From positions 1,364,001 through 1,428,000 of the forward strand of contig CATNEN010000007.1 in assembly GCA_950097015.1 (NCBI GenBank): DNA of 64,000 nt, written 5' to 3'. Each line of letters begins with the position of its first letter. Position 1 is the stretch's first letter. The DNA comes from Macrostomum hystrix (lineage: Eukaryota > Animalia > Platyhelminthes). This document shows positions 1-12,505 of the stretch, piece after piece. The notes below the pieces were generated by a model. It ran no database searches, was not told where the DNA came from, and was given only the letters and a program-made list of their open reading frames with translations. The position numbers and the translations under genes are program-made.

Positions 1-1073
1 CTGTCTGTCAATCTGTCTGTATGATTCCTGTCTGTCAATCTGTCTGTATGATTCCTGTCTGTCAATCTGTCTGTATGATTCCTGTCTGTCAATCTGTCTG
101 TATGATTCCTGTCTGTCAATCTGTCTGTATGATTTGTCTGTCAATCTGTCTGTATGATTTGTCTGTCAATCTGTCTGTATGATTTGTCTGTCAATCTGTC
201 TGTATGATTCCTGCCTGTCAATCTGCCTGTATGATTCCTGTCTGTCAATCTGCCTGTATGATTCCTGTCTGTCAATCTGTCTGTATGATTCCTGTCTGTC
301 AATCTGTCTGTATGATTCCTGTCTGTCAATCTGTCTGTATGATTCCTGTCTGTCAATCTGTCTGTATGATTCCTGTCTGTCAATCTGTCTGTATGATTCC
401 TGTCTGTCAATCTGCCTGTATGATTTGTCTGTCAATCTGTCTGTATGATTTGTCTGTCAATCTGTCTGTATGATTCCTGTCTGTCAATCTGTCTGTATGA
501 TTCCTGTCTGTCAATCTGTCTGTATGATTCCTGTCTGTCAATCTGTCTGTATGATTCCTGTCTGTCAATCTGTTTTGTATGATTCCTGTCTGTCAATCTG
601 TCTGTATGATTCCTGTCTGTCAATCTGTTTTGTATGATTCCTGTATGTCAATCTGTTTTGTATGATTCCTGTCTGTCAATCTGTTTTGTATGATTCCTGT
701 CTGTCAATCTGTTTTGTATGATTCCTGTCTGTCAATCTGTTTTGTATGATTCCTGTATGTTAATCTGTTTTGTATGATTCCTGTATGTCAATCTGTTTTG
801 TATGATTCCTGTCTGTCAATCTGTTTTGTATGATTCCTGTCTGTCAATCTGTCTGTATGATTCCTGTCTGTCAATCTGTTTTGTATGATTCCTGTATGTT
901 AATCTGTTTTGTATGATTCCTGTCTGTCAATCTGTCTGTATGATTCCTGTCTGTCAATCTGTCTGTATGATTCCTGTCTGTCAATCTGTCTGTATGATTT
1001 GTCTGTCAATCTGTGATCTGTCTGTATGATTTGTCTGTCAATCTGTTTTGTATGATTCCTGTCTGTCAATCTG
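1..1073. repeat. 27 bp tandem minisatellite (CTGTCTGTCAATCTGTCTGTATGATTC, with 25 bp variants) in an intron of the ceramide synthase gene
   Basis: Directly visible periodicity; ORF track gives 9-aa periodic translations; begins about 20 bp beyond the donor site at 1092 and runs off the window edge. Confidence 0.97.
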
Positions 1074-1092
1074 GCTAGCCCACGCAACTCAC

Positions 1093-2569
1093 TTCATGAG
1101 ATAGGAGAACTCCAGAAGGAATATGGTTAAGCCGTGATGAAACAGCATCATGTAGGAGTCCTTACGCCACACATCCATGAACAATGTACCGTAGATTGAG
1201 TGAGCATAGAAGCCCAATTGTAAGACGTACATCCAATAGATGTCACCAGGAATAGGCCTAGTCAGGTAGTTGGCTGCGTTGCGTGGAACGGGTGCAACGC
1301 ATTAGTAAATAATATTTATAATAAGCTCAAAAATCTGTCAAAAGACAATAGATAAGAAGCTGTCTCACCATCAAAGACAATATTCTTGAAGATGTCTAGG
1401 GGTTTTTGAAAGAAGTCGTACCGGCCGCTGTGAATTACCACATAGTAGGAGTAGCCCCAGAGGCCTGTGTACACTATAAACTTCCACACGGATTCCGGCC
1501 ATTTTTCACAATTCTTCTTCCGCAGCTTCAAAGCGCCGGCTAACGGCTGTAAAGATTCGGATATAATGGGGCTTGCAACCATTGCAATTATAGGTATGTG
1601 GGGTATTAGCAGCGACAGGTGAATTTAGGTCGAATATGTTGCAGTCAGATACTGGTGAGATAAAGTCAGATACAGGTGGGATACAGTCAGATACAGGTGG
1701 GATAGAGTCAGATACAGTTGGGATACAGTCGGATACAGTCAGGTACAGGTGGGATACAGTCAGATACAGGTGGGATACAGTCAGATGCAGGTGGGATACA
1801 GTCAGATACAGGTGGGATACAGTCAGATACAGGTGGGATACAGTCAGATGCAGGTGGGATACAGTCAGATACAGGTGGGATACAGTCAGATACAGGTGGG
1901 ATACAGTCAGATGCAGGTGGGATACAGTCAGATACAGGTGGGATACAGTCAGATGCAGGTGGGATACAGTCAGATACAGGTGGGATACAGTCAGATACAG
2001 GTGGGATACAGTCAGATGCAGGTGGGATACAGTCAGATACAGGTGGGATACAGTCAGATACAGGTGGGATACAGTCAGATACAGGTGGGATACAGTCAGA
2101 TACAGGTGGGATACAGTCAGATGCAGGTGGGATACAGTCAGATACAGGTGGGATACAGTCAGATACAGGTGAGATATGGTCATATACAGATGGGGCACAG
2201 TGAATAAATACAATCAGATGGAGTCACAACCAGATAATTTGTTACTAAATTTGTTAAGAAAAGAAGCAGTAACTATGTTTTCTAAAGGCTTCTTAAAAGA
2301 ATAACAATGATTTCGCTCACCGTGGAAACAAAGGCGGTAACAATGCACCGCAGAATTGTGAAGGCAACGCTAAGCAGCAGCACAGTCATTACATCAGTGA
2401 GCTTTACTGAAGTAACCATCCGTGCAGTGAAGTTGAAATCGTGTGGATATTTTGTGCCATTGTAGCCAAATTCACTCCACGATATTAGAATTCGCTCAAA
2501 GAACTGATATAATGTTGGATCTTCATAATACGAGTCAGGAAATGTGCGAGCATTGGTTGGAGAATCCAT
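1093..2569 (-). CDS. CERS1: Ceramide synthase (TLC/Lag1 domain), CERS1-like; 5' three exons only: 2569-2321, 1546-1369, 1273-1093; continues beyond the left edge
   Basis: Spliced translation MDSPTN...FVST / PLAGALKLRKKNCEKWPESVWKFIVYTGLWGY...FD / ANYLTRPIPGDIYWMYVLQLGFYAHSIYGTLFMDVWRKDSYMMLFHHGLTIFLLEFSYLM; Lag1p motif WRKDS..M..HH; all junctions GT-AG with consistent phases (0,1,2). Confidence 0.92.
1642..2180. repeat. 21 bp tandem minisatellite (TACAGTCAGATACAGGTGGGA) filling intron 1 of the ceramide synthase
   Basis: About 25 visible units; 7-aa periodic ORFs in the track are by-products. Confidence 0.97.
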
Positions 2570-2793
2570 ATTTGTGTCTCTCACTGAAATTTGGCACAAT
2601 TTAGTCAAGGTTATTTGTGCAAAATGTAAAAATCATGAATCAAAATACTAGACCAATTTGAGACAATAGGGGTACAACTAAGCACAGAGAATGAGAATAA
2701 GTGAGTGATTTTAAGTGTTGTCATTATATTGCCTTGTATTAATATTAGCACGAAGGCAAAAATATTTTGGTTACTACCAAGCATCAGTTAAAA

Positions 2794-3510
2794 CAGGGGT
2801 CGGCAAACTTATTAGCTAGCGGGCCAAAGAGAGAACCTAAAATATCATAGTGGGCCGCATTGACTGTAGAAATATGAGACGGGAGAGACACGAGACAGGA
2901 AGAGATCAAGCAGGCGAGAGATGAGACATGGGAGAGACAAGACAATCGAGAGAAAAGAAACGGGAGCGATAAGACACGGAAGAGATGAGACAGGGGAGAG
3001 ACGAGACAGGGGAGAGACGAGACAGGGGAGAGATAAGACAGGGAAAGATAAGACAGGGGAGAGACAAGACAGGGGAGAGATAAGACAGGGGATAGATAAA
3101 ACAGGGGAGAGATGAGACAAAGGAGAAATAAGGCAGGGGAGAGATAAGACAGGGGAGAGATGAGACAAGGTAGAAATAAGGCAGGGGATAGATGAAACAA
3201 GGGAGAGATGAGACAGGGGAGAGATAAGACGGGATAGATGAGACAGGGGAGAGATGAGACAATGGAGAGATAAGAAACGGGAGAGATAAGGAACGGGAGA
3301 GATACGACAGGGGAGAGACGAGACAGGGGAGAGATAAGACAGGGGATAGATGAAACCGGGGAGAGATAAGACAGGGGAGAAATGAGACAGGGGAGAGATA
3401 AGACAGGGAGAGATGAGACAGGATACTAGGTGTCGGAAGGGGGCAACGGGCCGGATTTGGGAGCTTCGAGGGCCGCATCTGGCCCGCGGGCTGGAGTTTG
3501 CCGACCCGTG
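2794..3510. mobile_element. Non-autonomous hAT (Charlie-like) element carrying an internal purine-rich GAGATGAGACAGGGGA-type repeat
   Basis: TIRs CAGGGGTCGGCAAAC / GTTTGCCGACCCGTG (1 mismatch); perfect 8 bp TSD AGTTAAAA at 2786-2793 and 3511-3518; GGGCCGC subterminal motifs. Confidence 0.9.
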
Positions 3511-5651
3511 AGTTAAAACAATTTCTTAGTTCTGTCAAACAAAAGTAGCTGAAAGACGAATGCCAGTTGTTTGATTATAATTAGAACTTATATGTAGAAT
3601 TTGTTGCCTAAATTGATTTCTGATTGCACTTAGTCAAATCTGGGGTGAAAACAATATTTAAAACTATTACACAATCACCTAGACTCAAAAATTAATTAAA
3701 AATTAAATTAAAAAATTTAATTAAATAAATATATAGCTTTTTAATGTCTTTTTATGCAAAAATATATGCCAATTAGGTAGTCAATATTTATTTCTAGTAA
3801 CTTCTGTGCTTGCTAAAAACTGCAGCACTAGCCACTATATTACAGAAAAATTCAGCACATGGACCAAGTTGTTTTATTATGTTTTATGTTAGGGTCTTCA
3901 AAAATGAAACTGAGTTTCTTTTTTTACCAACAAATAAGAAAGATTCATATATGAAAAAATAAGTGCTGCTGATGTCTAGTTGATATTCTGAAATCTCAAT
4001 AGTGATTTTTTGCAAACAATGTGTTGCTTATATATGAGAATGCAGATTTTATGCATGATGTTATCTATTCTTAAATAACAAAACTAACAAAAAAGATAAA
4101 ATGGACACTTGAAATTAATCGAATTATAGTTATTATGAAATAGGGCCCTGTTTGAACATTTCTTACAATGTTCAAATGTTTTGTCTTGAAACAGAGTTTG
4201 GAATAAGAAAGCTTGAATATTGAAGTGTTAAAGCTATTTGAAGAGACATTGAGAAAGATAAGTACGAGTAAATAAAGTGAAAGAAGAGCTGTAACCCCAG
4301 ATCCACTGGTAAAGCCCAAAACAGACTGAAGAATAATTGAAGACCAATTGAAGAGTAGTTGAAAAGTGATAAGACTTAAGAAAGATTGAAACAGACTGAT
4401 AAAAATGGATAAAAACTGTTAAATGTTGATAAAGAGTATTTACAGAGATAATAAAGTAAAAATATAAGTGCAAGTAAATAGAAGAGGATAAATATCAGCC
4501 ACATTGAACATATAACGCTACCAGATTTAAATACATAATGCTACCAGATTGGAATTTGAAATAAGAAGCATATGAAGTGAAGAATTAAAGACATTCATAA
4601 GTTTGAGCTATAAGACAATATTTGAATTATTTAGAACAGGCCTATGACAACATTGGTAATAACAGTAGGATTTTAAATATTAGAAGATAGCCCTATAACA
4701 ACTTAGGTGGATTATTAGGATTAGGAGTTTATTAAGAAGTTAGGCCTACAACAATTATATTATATTAAATTAGGCCCCTATATTAATCAATGATCAAATT
4801 ACTAGTGTCTAATAACTTCCATAGACTTTTGCTAGTGTAAAGTCTAAAATACTATTAAAAAAGACAAGAGACTAAAATAATTAAACAGTTTAGCTAGCTA
4901 CTATTAAGGAGTAAGAAATATTTTTTCCCAAAAGTATAAATTTGTTTAACTTTTAAGTTTTTCCAATTTACTTAAATTAAAATGAATAGAAACTAGAAAT
5001 CAACAAAGCTTATCAAAGCCATATTATAAAATATAAAATAAAAAATATGCATATGTGTCGTTTCGTTTGTTAAATTATTTTTCATGACAGATTTAAATTT
5101 GTGGGCACGAAATATGATTTTTGCAGCAATTTAAACTCACTTAACTGACGTGGCAAAACGTGAAAGTGCCACGCAGTATTCTATGGCTCAAATTGATGTG
5201 GGGTACCATAAAATATGATATTTTAATTTAATTCAATTTAATTTTTTAATTCAATAATATAGTAATATAATATAATTCAACATGGCTGGTCATCCTCTGG
5301 CACCAACTTCTATTCTGCCGCCAAACGAATTGCTACACGTAGATGCCTTAATTGGCATGCGAACTGACCTGCAGACGGTACATGTTGCCATGGCAGACAA
5401 CCTGGCTTGTATTCATTGGCTCATGCAACACCATCTTCTGGCCAACATGTGAGTTTGCTGTGGCCTTCCAAGGAAGTTTCAGCGGCGTGCTGGTGTCACT
5501 TTTTTCGACACGACTCATATGCCAAAAATACTTTCTCAGTCCCATTGTGGTCCCATTGTAGTCTTTTTTGGTGTTCTTATGTACCCTAAATATTCTAAAC
5601 AAAATAGCTCTAAAAAATCAACATAAGTTGAAATTTATAACAATACTTATA

Positions 5652-6128
5652 AATGTTCTACTTCCGTTCATTATATTATTTATTCATTTGAATTTGTGCC
5701 ACATGTGCATTCTGAGTTTGAAAAAGCTGTGCTAACGTGGCTTTGCTGTGACTTGACACTTGAATCTATGTCTATGGCAAAATCTGGCAAATATGGGGGA
5801 ACAGGAAACTAAACCACAGAAATTCTAGTTTACTAAGCTGAAGATTTTGCAAAGGCCAAGCTGCATCAAATGCATGGCACAAGTGCTGCTCTATTCGAAA
5901 GCCACCTTGAAGAATTCTTATGGCGCCGTCTATACCCCAAGAATAGCTTCGGTGCCCTCCTCTACTGGATTAGGCACTTACCCAGTTTGAAAGAAGAAAG
6001 ACTTACCAAGACTTTTCAGAACTGTCTGACCAAACTACTGACTTTTTTTACCATTAAATTTGTTTTTTGTCGTTATCTGTCGTTTGCAAACAAACAAATA
6101 ATATAACAAACGGAAGTAGAACATTGCC
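5652..6128 (+). mobile_element. Merlin/IS1595 (ISXO2)-like DNA transposon remnant with C-terminal transposase fragment
   Basis: Imperfect ~39 bp inverted repeats (perfect core AATGTTCTACTTCCGTT at 5652-5668 and 6109-6125; right end reads GGCAATG.. on the minus strand); ORF 5870-6106 MHGTSAALFESHLEEFLWRRLY..FGALLYWI resembles the Merlin C-terminal HGT..L..L.EF.WR motif. No TSD found. Confidence 0.65.
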
Positions 6129-6607
6129 ATCATTATAATGATAGTTTATAATTGAATCCTATAGTTTTGCTTTTGCAAATTTTGTTTTTTTATAAAATAA
6201 AAAAATTTTATTAGTTACTACAAGTAAATAATTAAACTTGAACAAGTTTCTGAATGATCTAGCTCTGAAAGCTCTAACAAAGTAAAATAGCCAGTATTAT
6301 TTTCAACTAAAACTTAAGACAAATATTTTCAATTTAGACATGATACCAAAATAGAAGCATTTATAACTTGAGGTCTTATTATACTTTATAGAACACTAAG
6401 TTTTAGGTTTGCAAGTGCAGGAGAAGGACTAGGACCAAGGCTGCCAAAAAGCTGGGGACTGCCCCACTAGGGTGGGGTGGGGTCAGGGGAGAATGTATGG
6501 ATGCAAATCCAAATCACATATGGATTTGAGCACCATAACTAACTCAAACATCATGTTCTTCTTTTGTTATAATTTGATCTATTACACCTAAAAACAATAT
6601 TTTTTAT

Positions 6608-7292
6608 GAAAGTGCTTATTCCCATGGTCCCGTGCCGATAATTTCACTTTTATCCACACGGATCCGTGCCAATAATTTTCTGCTTATCCCCACAGCAGCT
6701 TGTATGAATAGGTCTACTTTCAAGTCCCTGCCTATTCTTCTCTGAGCATAAGGCTTTTGCTTCAGAGTATAGTGTATAGTGTACACTATCAATGCATAGT
6801 GTAAAAGAAAAACAACGATATATAATTTGTGTGACGAGTTTGGTACTGACTAGAATTTTGCTGGTTGACTTAATTTTTGTATGATTTTCTTTGATAGACT
6901 TTTTACTTTTTAAGTCAATACAATTCGAATGAAAACACGTAACAATGACAAAAGATTTAGTAATTTGATATTACAATAATTAAAAAGGATGACATTAATG
7001 TCGGTTAATGAATGTGTAGGTCGAAATGTAGAACACTGTCGTAACGCACTGTCAACTTTGTCGATCTATTGGCTCGAGGGTTCAACAAAACGTTCAAACC
7101 CGAAAGGTCCTCGTTTCAAAGAAGAGAACCGTGTGGATAAAATTTCAGAAATTAATGGCACGTCATATTTATATAAAGAGTTGTAGACCTATTCATACAA
7201 GCTGCCGTGTGGATAAGCAGAAAATTATCGGCATGGATCCGTGTGGATAAAATTGAAATTATTGGCACGGGACCGTGGGAATAAGCTCTGCC
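6608..7292. mobile_element. MITE with ~110 bp TIRs and 9 bp TSD (Merlin- or MULE-type)
   Basis: Inverted repeats 6608-6717 vs 7183-7292; 9 bp TSD ATTTTTTAT at 6599-6607 and 7293-7301; terminus GGCAG(T/A)GCTTAT shared with 23973-24455. Confidence 0.85.
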
Positions 7293-9553
7293 ATTTTTTA
7301 TTTAACTAGCTATTAATAGTCAGCAAAAATAGACAATAGTTCACTAGGCTATATAATCTGCTCAATGCTTTGCTGCTTCCTTGCTTTTGCTTGTGTTTGT
7401 TGACAGAAAATTTCGCTGGGCATGCACATTTTTTAGGTTAGGCTAACAGCATGCATATACAGCTTACTTGCTTTAGCCTTTAAGACACATGACTGATAAT
7501 AATATACAAGTTTAAAAGCGAGTAAACAAGCACTAATCGTTACTCTATAACTAAAATCAAATGATTATACCTTTTTCCTTTCGTTTCCTAACAGATACAA
7601 TATAAGAGACGACGTCCGCTTGAAAAATCTATTCTTATGTAAAATTCACACGAGGAAATACTTCTAACGACAGAATCACTTCATCGACGACGACGAGCCT
7701 CGAGTGTGACGGCGTAACCTTGAGTCGCTTAATTACTTATTTTTTTATAGTAATTCGCTACATTACAAGTTTTGCTGGCAATACTAATTTTTGTATGCTA
7801 AGCATGTTTACTAATTATTGTTATATTGTATTATTCTAAGAATTATCAATCCTTTTAAAAAAGCAGCGTATGTTTTTCTGCTTTTGTGGCCCGACTCGCG
7901 TTTCACGAGCTATAAACCCACTTTTGCTATAAATCCGCTAGTGAAACGTGAGTCTTGTGGCGAGCGTGTGAGCGTCGAGGTTACGTTGGAGATATATATA
8001 TATATATACTTATTTATGTAAAATTATTTACTTATTTATGTATAATTAGACTATATTACCGCTGCACTAATTTTAGTCATTACATTTATTCGTCACACGA
8101 GCGTCGAGATGTAATTTTTTATTTGAATCGTAGTATTTCCCTTTCGGACACAAAAACAAAATTGCAAACCAAAAATGGACTTCTTGCTTTCAGATAATTA
8201 TGTAATATTAAAAAACAATATAACTTTTTGACCCATGAAGCTGGGGAGTTAATCGTAACACAATATATACAAACTACACAGATCCGCCTCACTGCTATTT
8301 TCACAAACTCTTTTACCACCCCATTCCGATTGAAATTGTAAAGTTCAGTAAGATCCACTAAATCCATTTGATAGAATTATTGTAGCACAAAAAGAAATGT
8401 ATTTACAACTTAAGACGCGCAATTATTTTTTAGTCATGAAAACTTTTATTAAAACTTTTTTGTTCACTTGTTCGATTCTAGTTAATTGACATCCGCCTAA
8501 ATCTGCGATTACAGCTGCGCACCTTACTAGCTATATCTACAATAGAAAGGCAAAGCGCAGAAATCAACAGAAAGCATCAATGGGTGTAGAACTGTATTTT
8601 AGAACCGTCTGAAGATTTTGGAATCGTCTCCGCACCCCTGCTCCATCAGCCTGCATCCTGCTCATTGTCATCATAACTCTGGTTGGCGCTCTACAAGCTC
8701 AGATGTCAGAGGCACGTTGGCTCTATAGCGTATACATTAGGGATAAAGTCTAGCCTATACTTGGCCTCGGATTCGGCGGTGACTTAAAGGGACTTCTAGT
8801 ACACCCTCAGCAAGGACTTCGATCTAGATTCCAACTTTGACTGCTTGTCATTAACAAGGGGCTTCTAGACTCTAGACTCTATAGCAAAGGACTCCTACTT
8901 ACTAATACCTATAGTCATATCTAGAATAATATCATAGAACTGTTTATAATTGCAATGGAACGATGGTGGAAAATGTAACATTGTAGCAGTTTCTGTCCGC
9001 AATAGCATTGCTCAAGCATAGAAATTCTTATAGCTATTATAGCTGCTACTGTACTGATCAGTCTCGACAATTTGCATATTAAAATTAAGTAGCCATATTA
9101 TCTTAGTACACAGTAAGAAATGAACAAGACATTTGATACATTATTCATGCATCCGTAATCCATGACGTGTACACCACAATGGTGTAGAGGGAGAGTGAGA
9201 TATTGGATAGGGTGTGAGAACGGAGCTAGACTTGGGATAGAAGTACAGATGTAAAATGGAGTCCTTTTAGCCAGAAAATTTTTTTGCAATAGACGGGTGA
9301 GGATAGAGAGTCTGGCAACTGTACATTTTTCTCTTAATTAATTGTACAGCTGAATACGTTATTTGTAAAATATAAATATATGCGCTGCATATTGCAGCCA
9401 GACAATCGTTGAATCTGTATCGAACCTGCACAATGTGTAGATAAACGCAACAATTTTGCATTCAAATTTTTAAACAAGAATCGAAAATAAGAAATCATCA
9501 GTAATCAACAGTAATCAACAGTAATCAACAGCAGCACCAGGTAGGATATTATA

Positions 9554-9781
9554 ATGCTATCCGCACCGCACACCATTGTGCTGCTAGAGGGCATTGCAGC
9601 TGGCATCCTGCTCATTGTCTTCGTCGCTCTGCTGCTCTACAAGCACAGCCAGCTCAAGAGACTCATCGACCCCATACCTGAGAGATCTAGGGATGAAAAC
9701 ATAATTGGGCTGTCGGACATTGAGGCACCACAGCCTCCGGACTACAACGATGTCGTGAGGTCGCGATTCAGTTTGCTGTAA
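9554..9781 (+). CDS. Possible small single-pass membrane protein or terminal exon with PPxY motif
   Basis: 75 aa ORF, GC-richer than flanks, hydrophobic stretch GIAAGILLIVFVALLLY followed by basic residues and PQPPDY near the C-terminus; no family recognised. Confidence 0.4.
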   Translation: MLSAPHTIVLLEGIAAGILLIVFVALLLYKHSQLKRLIDPIPERSRDENIIGLSDIEAPQPPDYNDVVRSRFSLL

Positions 9782-11149
9782 ACTAACAGGCCTGGTCAAG
9801 TCAGATTTACTTCTAATTTGCCGTGATTCTAACTATTTCATGTTATTTTTTATCCACACAAAGTTTTACCTCTACATTTTTTAAAAACATGAAAAATGTA
9901 AACCTGTACTATATTCGATAACTTAAACCTTACTAAGTACATGCATATTCACAGCGTTTTTTGAACAAAATCATACTTTATTTTTACGAAATAAAATAAA
10001 TAACTACTGCAGATTCTAACTTGAAGCAAGTCGTCTGTACTCATAGATAGCACATTAGGTAATTGGCACATTACAATTATAGCAATGACTTCGAAATTGG
10101 CTTCTAGACTCTACTAGCCAGGACTTCGTACAGTATAGATAGAAGAAGCATATATCTAGACTTATAGATCAAAAGTTCTAGCTGGACCATGAAAGGGCCA
10201 TTTTTAAAGTCTTCATCCAGTTATTTTCTCTCTCTCTCCCTATTTTTCTGAGCTTAAAACTTAGAACAGAGCTCAATCTTTATCATCAGGAATTTCGTCA
10301 TCATTTCGTTCTGAAGGCATTCTATTTTAAAAGTACTGTTTACGACAAGTCTATTTTAAGAAAAAAATCAAAAGCTGAAAATGCAGACGCCTCCAGCCAT
10401 CTTAATTGCGGATTTGCTCATCTACCACAGAGCTAGACTCCAGTGTTAATTTATTGAATTCCTGGATGTTAAATAGCCCCTAGACAGCCTTTGTATTCAT
10501 CCACTGTACACTGGTAGAAAGTACAAGCTATAAACAAAAACAGGAAATTATTATTATATATAACTGCATAGTAGATAGCAATATGGTCCTATAATTTGCA
10601 TTAATTTTGTCTATTGTCATTCGACACAGCTTTATTTCGAATAAGAATACTGTTAGCAACGAGACACAATCATTTTTTAATTTCGTGTTTCAGCAAACCA
10701 ACTATGAAGCAATGCGTTGAGTATTTTGAATCGATAAAACTATGCAAAAGGTATATTTTAAATGAAAGCATTCAGTAAGCAGAAGAATAGGTACTGATAT
10801 GTTTACAGACCAGATTTACATAACTGCAATTGACAAGCATGGTCATTTAAGTATATTGTTAGTTTTGTTGAAGAATTGGGCTTCATGGAACAGATATCTG
10901 AGCGTTAACAAAAATTCACTTTTGTTAGTATCGAACAATTGCGCTAGCTTCTTAAACAGTTACATTTTCGGTAACATTACAACATTTAAAACTTCAAAAA
11001 GCACACAAAAAAACATATTTTACATTGACGCTGCTAAAACTCGTCATTACTACTATCAGAGCTGCGCTAGTAGACTGTTGCGACTTTTGAAAATGAAAAT
11101 TAGAAAACAGCCTGCATAAAACCAGAGGCGAGTCTATTAAGTACAAAGT

Positions 11150-12505
11150 TCAAATTCGGAAGGTGTCGCCGCGGCCGTCGATGTGCTGCAGGCGCAGATA
11201 GAAGTCCGAGCCGATGCCCTGCATGGTCTCGAATGTGAGCTCGCCGCCCAGGTATCTGGCGTAGGCGCGCGAGGCCGGCAGGCCGAAGCCATAGCCGTGC
11301 ATGGAGCCGGAGGTGCGCGACTCGGAGACGCGGTCAAGGAAGGAGTCCTGCTGCTCGCTGGACTCGGCGGTGGAGAAATTGTAGTCGAAGATCTTGTTTA
11401 CTATATCGTGAGGAATTCCGCCGCCTCTGTCGCTGATTCTGCATTGGTTGGGATTACAGTTGTGTTTTTCTATACATATCGTTTGTGATAAAAAATAAGT
11501 GCACAATAATACTACTAATGAATGTGCTCTTAGTAGTGCAAGTAGCGCATTTTTTCTCCCTAAATCTCACCTGATAATGAAGTCAACATCGTTGTTAGCA
11601 ACGGTAACTCGCACCTCTGGCATCGGTCCGGATCGACCTTTGTGAAATTCGACGGTGGCGCGAAACGCGTTTTTCAACAGTTCCGTGAGTACATACTCAA
11701 CCGGCTGCTGAATGTAGGAGAAGGCAGCCCGGCTGCCATTGCCATCAACTCGAAGCTGCGGCGCCTGGCCGTACTTCATGTCGCACATGCGGGCAACCAG
11801 AGCGGCGCGGCTCTCAACAAGGTCGCCGGGGCAGAACCGGGTGCCAACGATGCCGACAAAGTCAGGCCGCTCCTGCCGCATGGCCAGGTGGTGCTCGCAG
11901 AGCAGCCTGATGCCCAGCCGCGAGGTGAGGGTCTTGTCCAAGAAGGTGCGGACTAGGCCAGGCTCGGCCGTCACGTGCCGGTTGCACTCGCGGAAGCCCT
12001 CGGCCAGCATCGTGACGACATCCTTGTGATCGTCGAGAAGCTGGCGAAGCAGGCCGGAGTACTGGATCTCGTCCTCTGGCTCAGCAAGTTGCGGCGTGTT
12101 GGACAGGATGTGGAAGGCCATGAGGTACAGGTCGTGCACGGCTAGCAGAGTCGGATGGCAGCCAACAACGAATGGCAAGGCTCGGAAGTCGGCCACGCGG
12201 TGGGCGATGCGGACTGGCAGCTCGCGCTGAAGGTACTGGGCGGAGCGGAGCAGCTGATGACTGTCAGCGGATCGGCCGGAGTAGAGCAGGGAGGCTGGAG
12301 TTAATCTGACGGAGTTCTTGGCGGAGGCGGCGTCCACGGCGGCCTGGTTGTAGTAGTGAGAGCAGGCAGCGGAAACCGACGGAGAAGCAGCTGCCATCGC
12401 GGTGGCTACGGCTGCTGTTGTGCCGTCCAAGTGGCCGGGACTGCTCAGGGGCGGTGTGATGCGGGACAAGGCCCGATAGGAAACAAGCTTGCTAGCGCGA
12501 CTCAT
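11150..12505 (-). CDS. BCKDK: Branched-chain alpha-ketoacid dehydrogenase kinase, 407 aa; exons 12505-11571 and 11438-11150
   Basis: [73 protein letters not shown] and C-terminal [10 protein letters not shown] match recalled BCKDK rather than PDK; 132 bp GT-AG intron splits an Arg codon (AG|A). Confidence 0.95.

Noticed and set aside
141-2213. Periodic ORFs such as (TDRNHTDRL)n, (GIQSDTG)n, (LYLTVSH)n
   Set aside because: Translations of 27 and 21 bp intronic minisatellites, open in several frames and both strands; they lie in introns of a well-supported gene.
4071-4473. Hydrophobic minus-strand ORFs
   Set aside because: Explained by purine-rich plus-strand bias; no recognisable domain or splice support.
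5348-5602. Short ORFs in a moderately GC-rich patch next to the Merlin remnant
   Set aside because: No motif recognised in any frame.
7894-7955. 14 bp inverted repeat GACTCGCGTTTCAC..GTGAAACGTGAGTC
   Set aside because: Short, one mismatch, no TSD or Helitron-type terminus; cannot be assigned.
11150-12505. Horizontal transfer of the GC-rich kinase gene, or PDK identity
   Set aside because: Has a spliceosomal intron, CLIC exons are equally GC-rich, and diagnostic segments match animal BCKDK rather than PDK or bacterial histidine kinases.
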